Made by a program: the position numbers and the translations under genes. This document shows positions 63,414 through 64,000 of a DNA stretch of 64,000 nt, piece by piece. Position 1 is the stretch's first letter; the number at the start of each line of letters is the position of its first letter. Under the pieces are notes generated by a model. The model made no database searches. It was not told the DNA's origin and worked only from the letters and a program-made list of their open reading frames with translations. The stretch is from NCBI GenBank assembly GCA_030704615.1, contig CM060733.1, forward strand, positions 51,956,001 to 52,020,000, in the 5' to 3' direction. This DNA is from Takakia lepidozioides. Taxonomy: Eukaryota > Plantae > Bryophyta.

Positions 63414-64000
63414 GTCAGTGTCAGAATTTTGGTTGACATGTTTCCACGATCCAGGTAGGTGCAGGTGCATTGTGAAGTACTGTTTACACTGGATTGTGAT
63501 CTCCCTCAATTATGCTGCCGGGCTGGACAGGCATTGCTTCCTCATTTACCAAGAAAGTATCAGGAGCTTAGGAGGTAATTGTGCCCTCCAATCCCCTCCG
63601 CCTCCCTTCCCCTCTCCTGGAGAAATGTCTTCTCGGCCTTCCAAATGTGTTTTTCCTGCGTTCCTTTTTGCTCTCTCCACTGACCTCCTGTCTAACATTC
63701 CCCATCAGTCACGTTTTTGGTTTAAATTGTAAGTTCATCCATCATGGCAACTCCATCAAAGACACCTGGCAGTTGATCCTCAGCAAATGTGCCTCAAAAG
63801 CAACCCTGATCATTTGTGGCACTCTGAAATGCCAGTCATACCTTCATGGCTGATTTCCTGAGAGAAAAACTCAACGGGGGAATTGAGATGGGTGCAGATG
63901 CGTTGCAGCAAACTCATACTTCCTTATTAACATGCTTCAGGTACAGCTGGTCTAACCACCTGTTGCTTTTATGTGAATGGTACTGTTGTATGACCTTTGT

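Overview
Eukaryotic, intron-containing genomic DNA from a non-seed land plant, most likely a bryophyte. The inference rests on CDC14, a MinC-like gene and PLS-type PPR remnants occurring together. The first ~21 kb is gene-rich: the 3' part of a CDC14 phosphatase gene (+), an intact 4-exon ornithine decarboxylase (-) with an unusual uORF arrangement, a 7-exon MinC-domain/multi-pass membrane fusion gene (-), a small membrane-protein gene and an ELP5 pseudogene. From ~21.5 to ~62 kb lies a nested transposon cluster (gypsy/chromovirus, several CACTA, Mutator-like, hAT-like, MITEs, a CRE-type non-LTR element) mixed with host gene fragments. The window ends in the first exons of a carnosine N-methyltransferase-like gene. 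Most notable: (1) A Mutator-like element whose transposase has a GCM-type DNA-binding domain, next to a ~32-unit, 53-bp-phased array of 24-bp palindromes whose half-site (ATGCGG) matches the core of the known GCM binding site. The array lies between the transposase and a divergent second gene. (2) This element inserted into a CACTA transposase with a 9-bp TSD; its two ends and TSDs now show an inversion of roughly 10 kb. (3) A non-AUG uORF overlapping the ODC start codon, with a nested AUG-GAU-UGA micro-uORF. All calls come from reading the sequence; no database searches were run.
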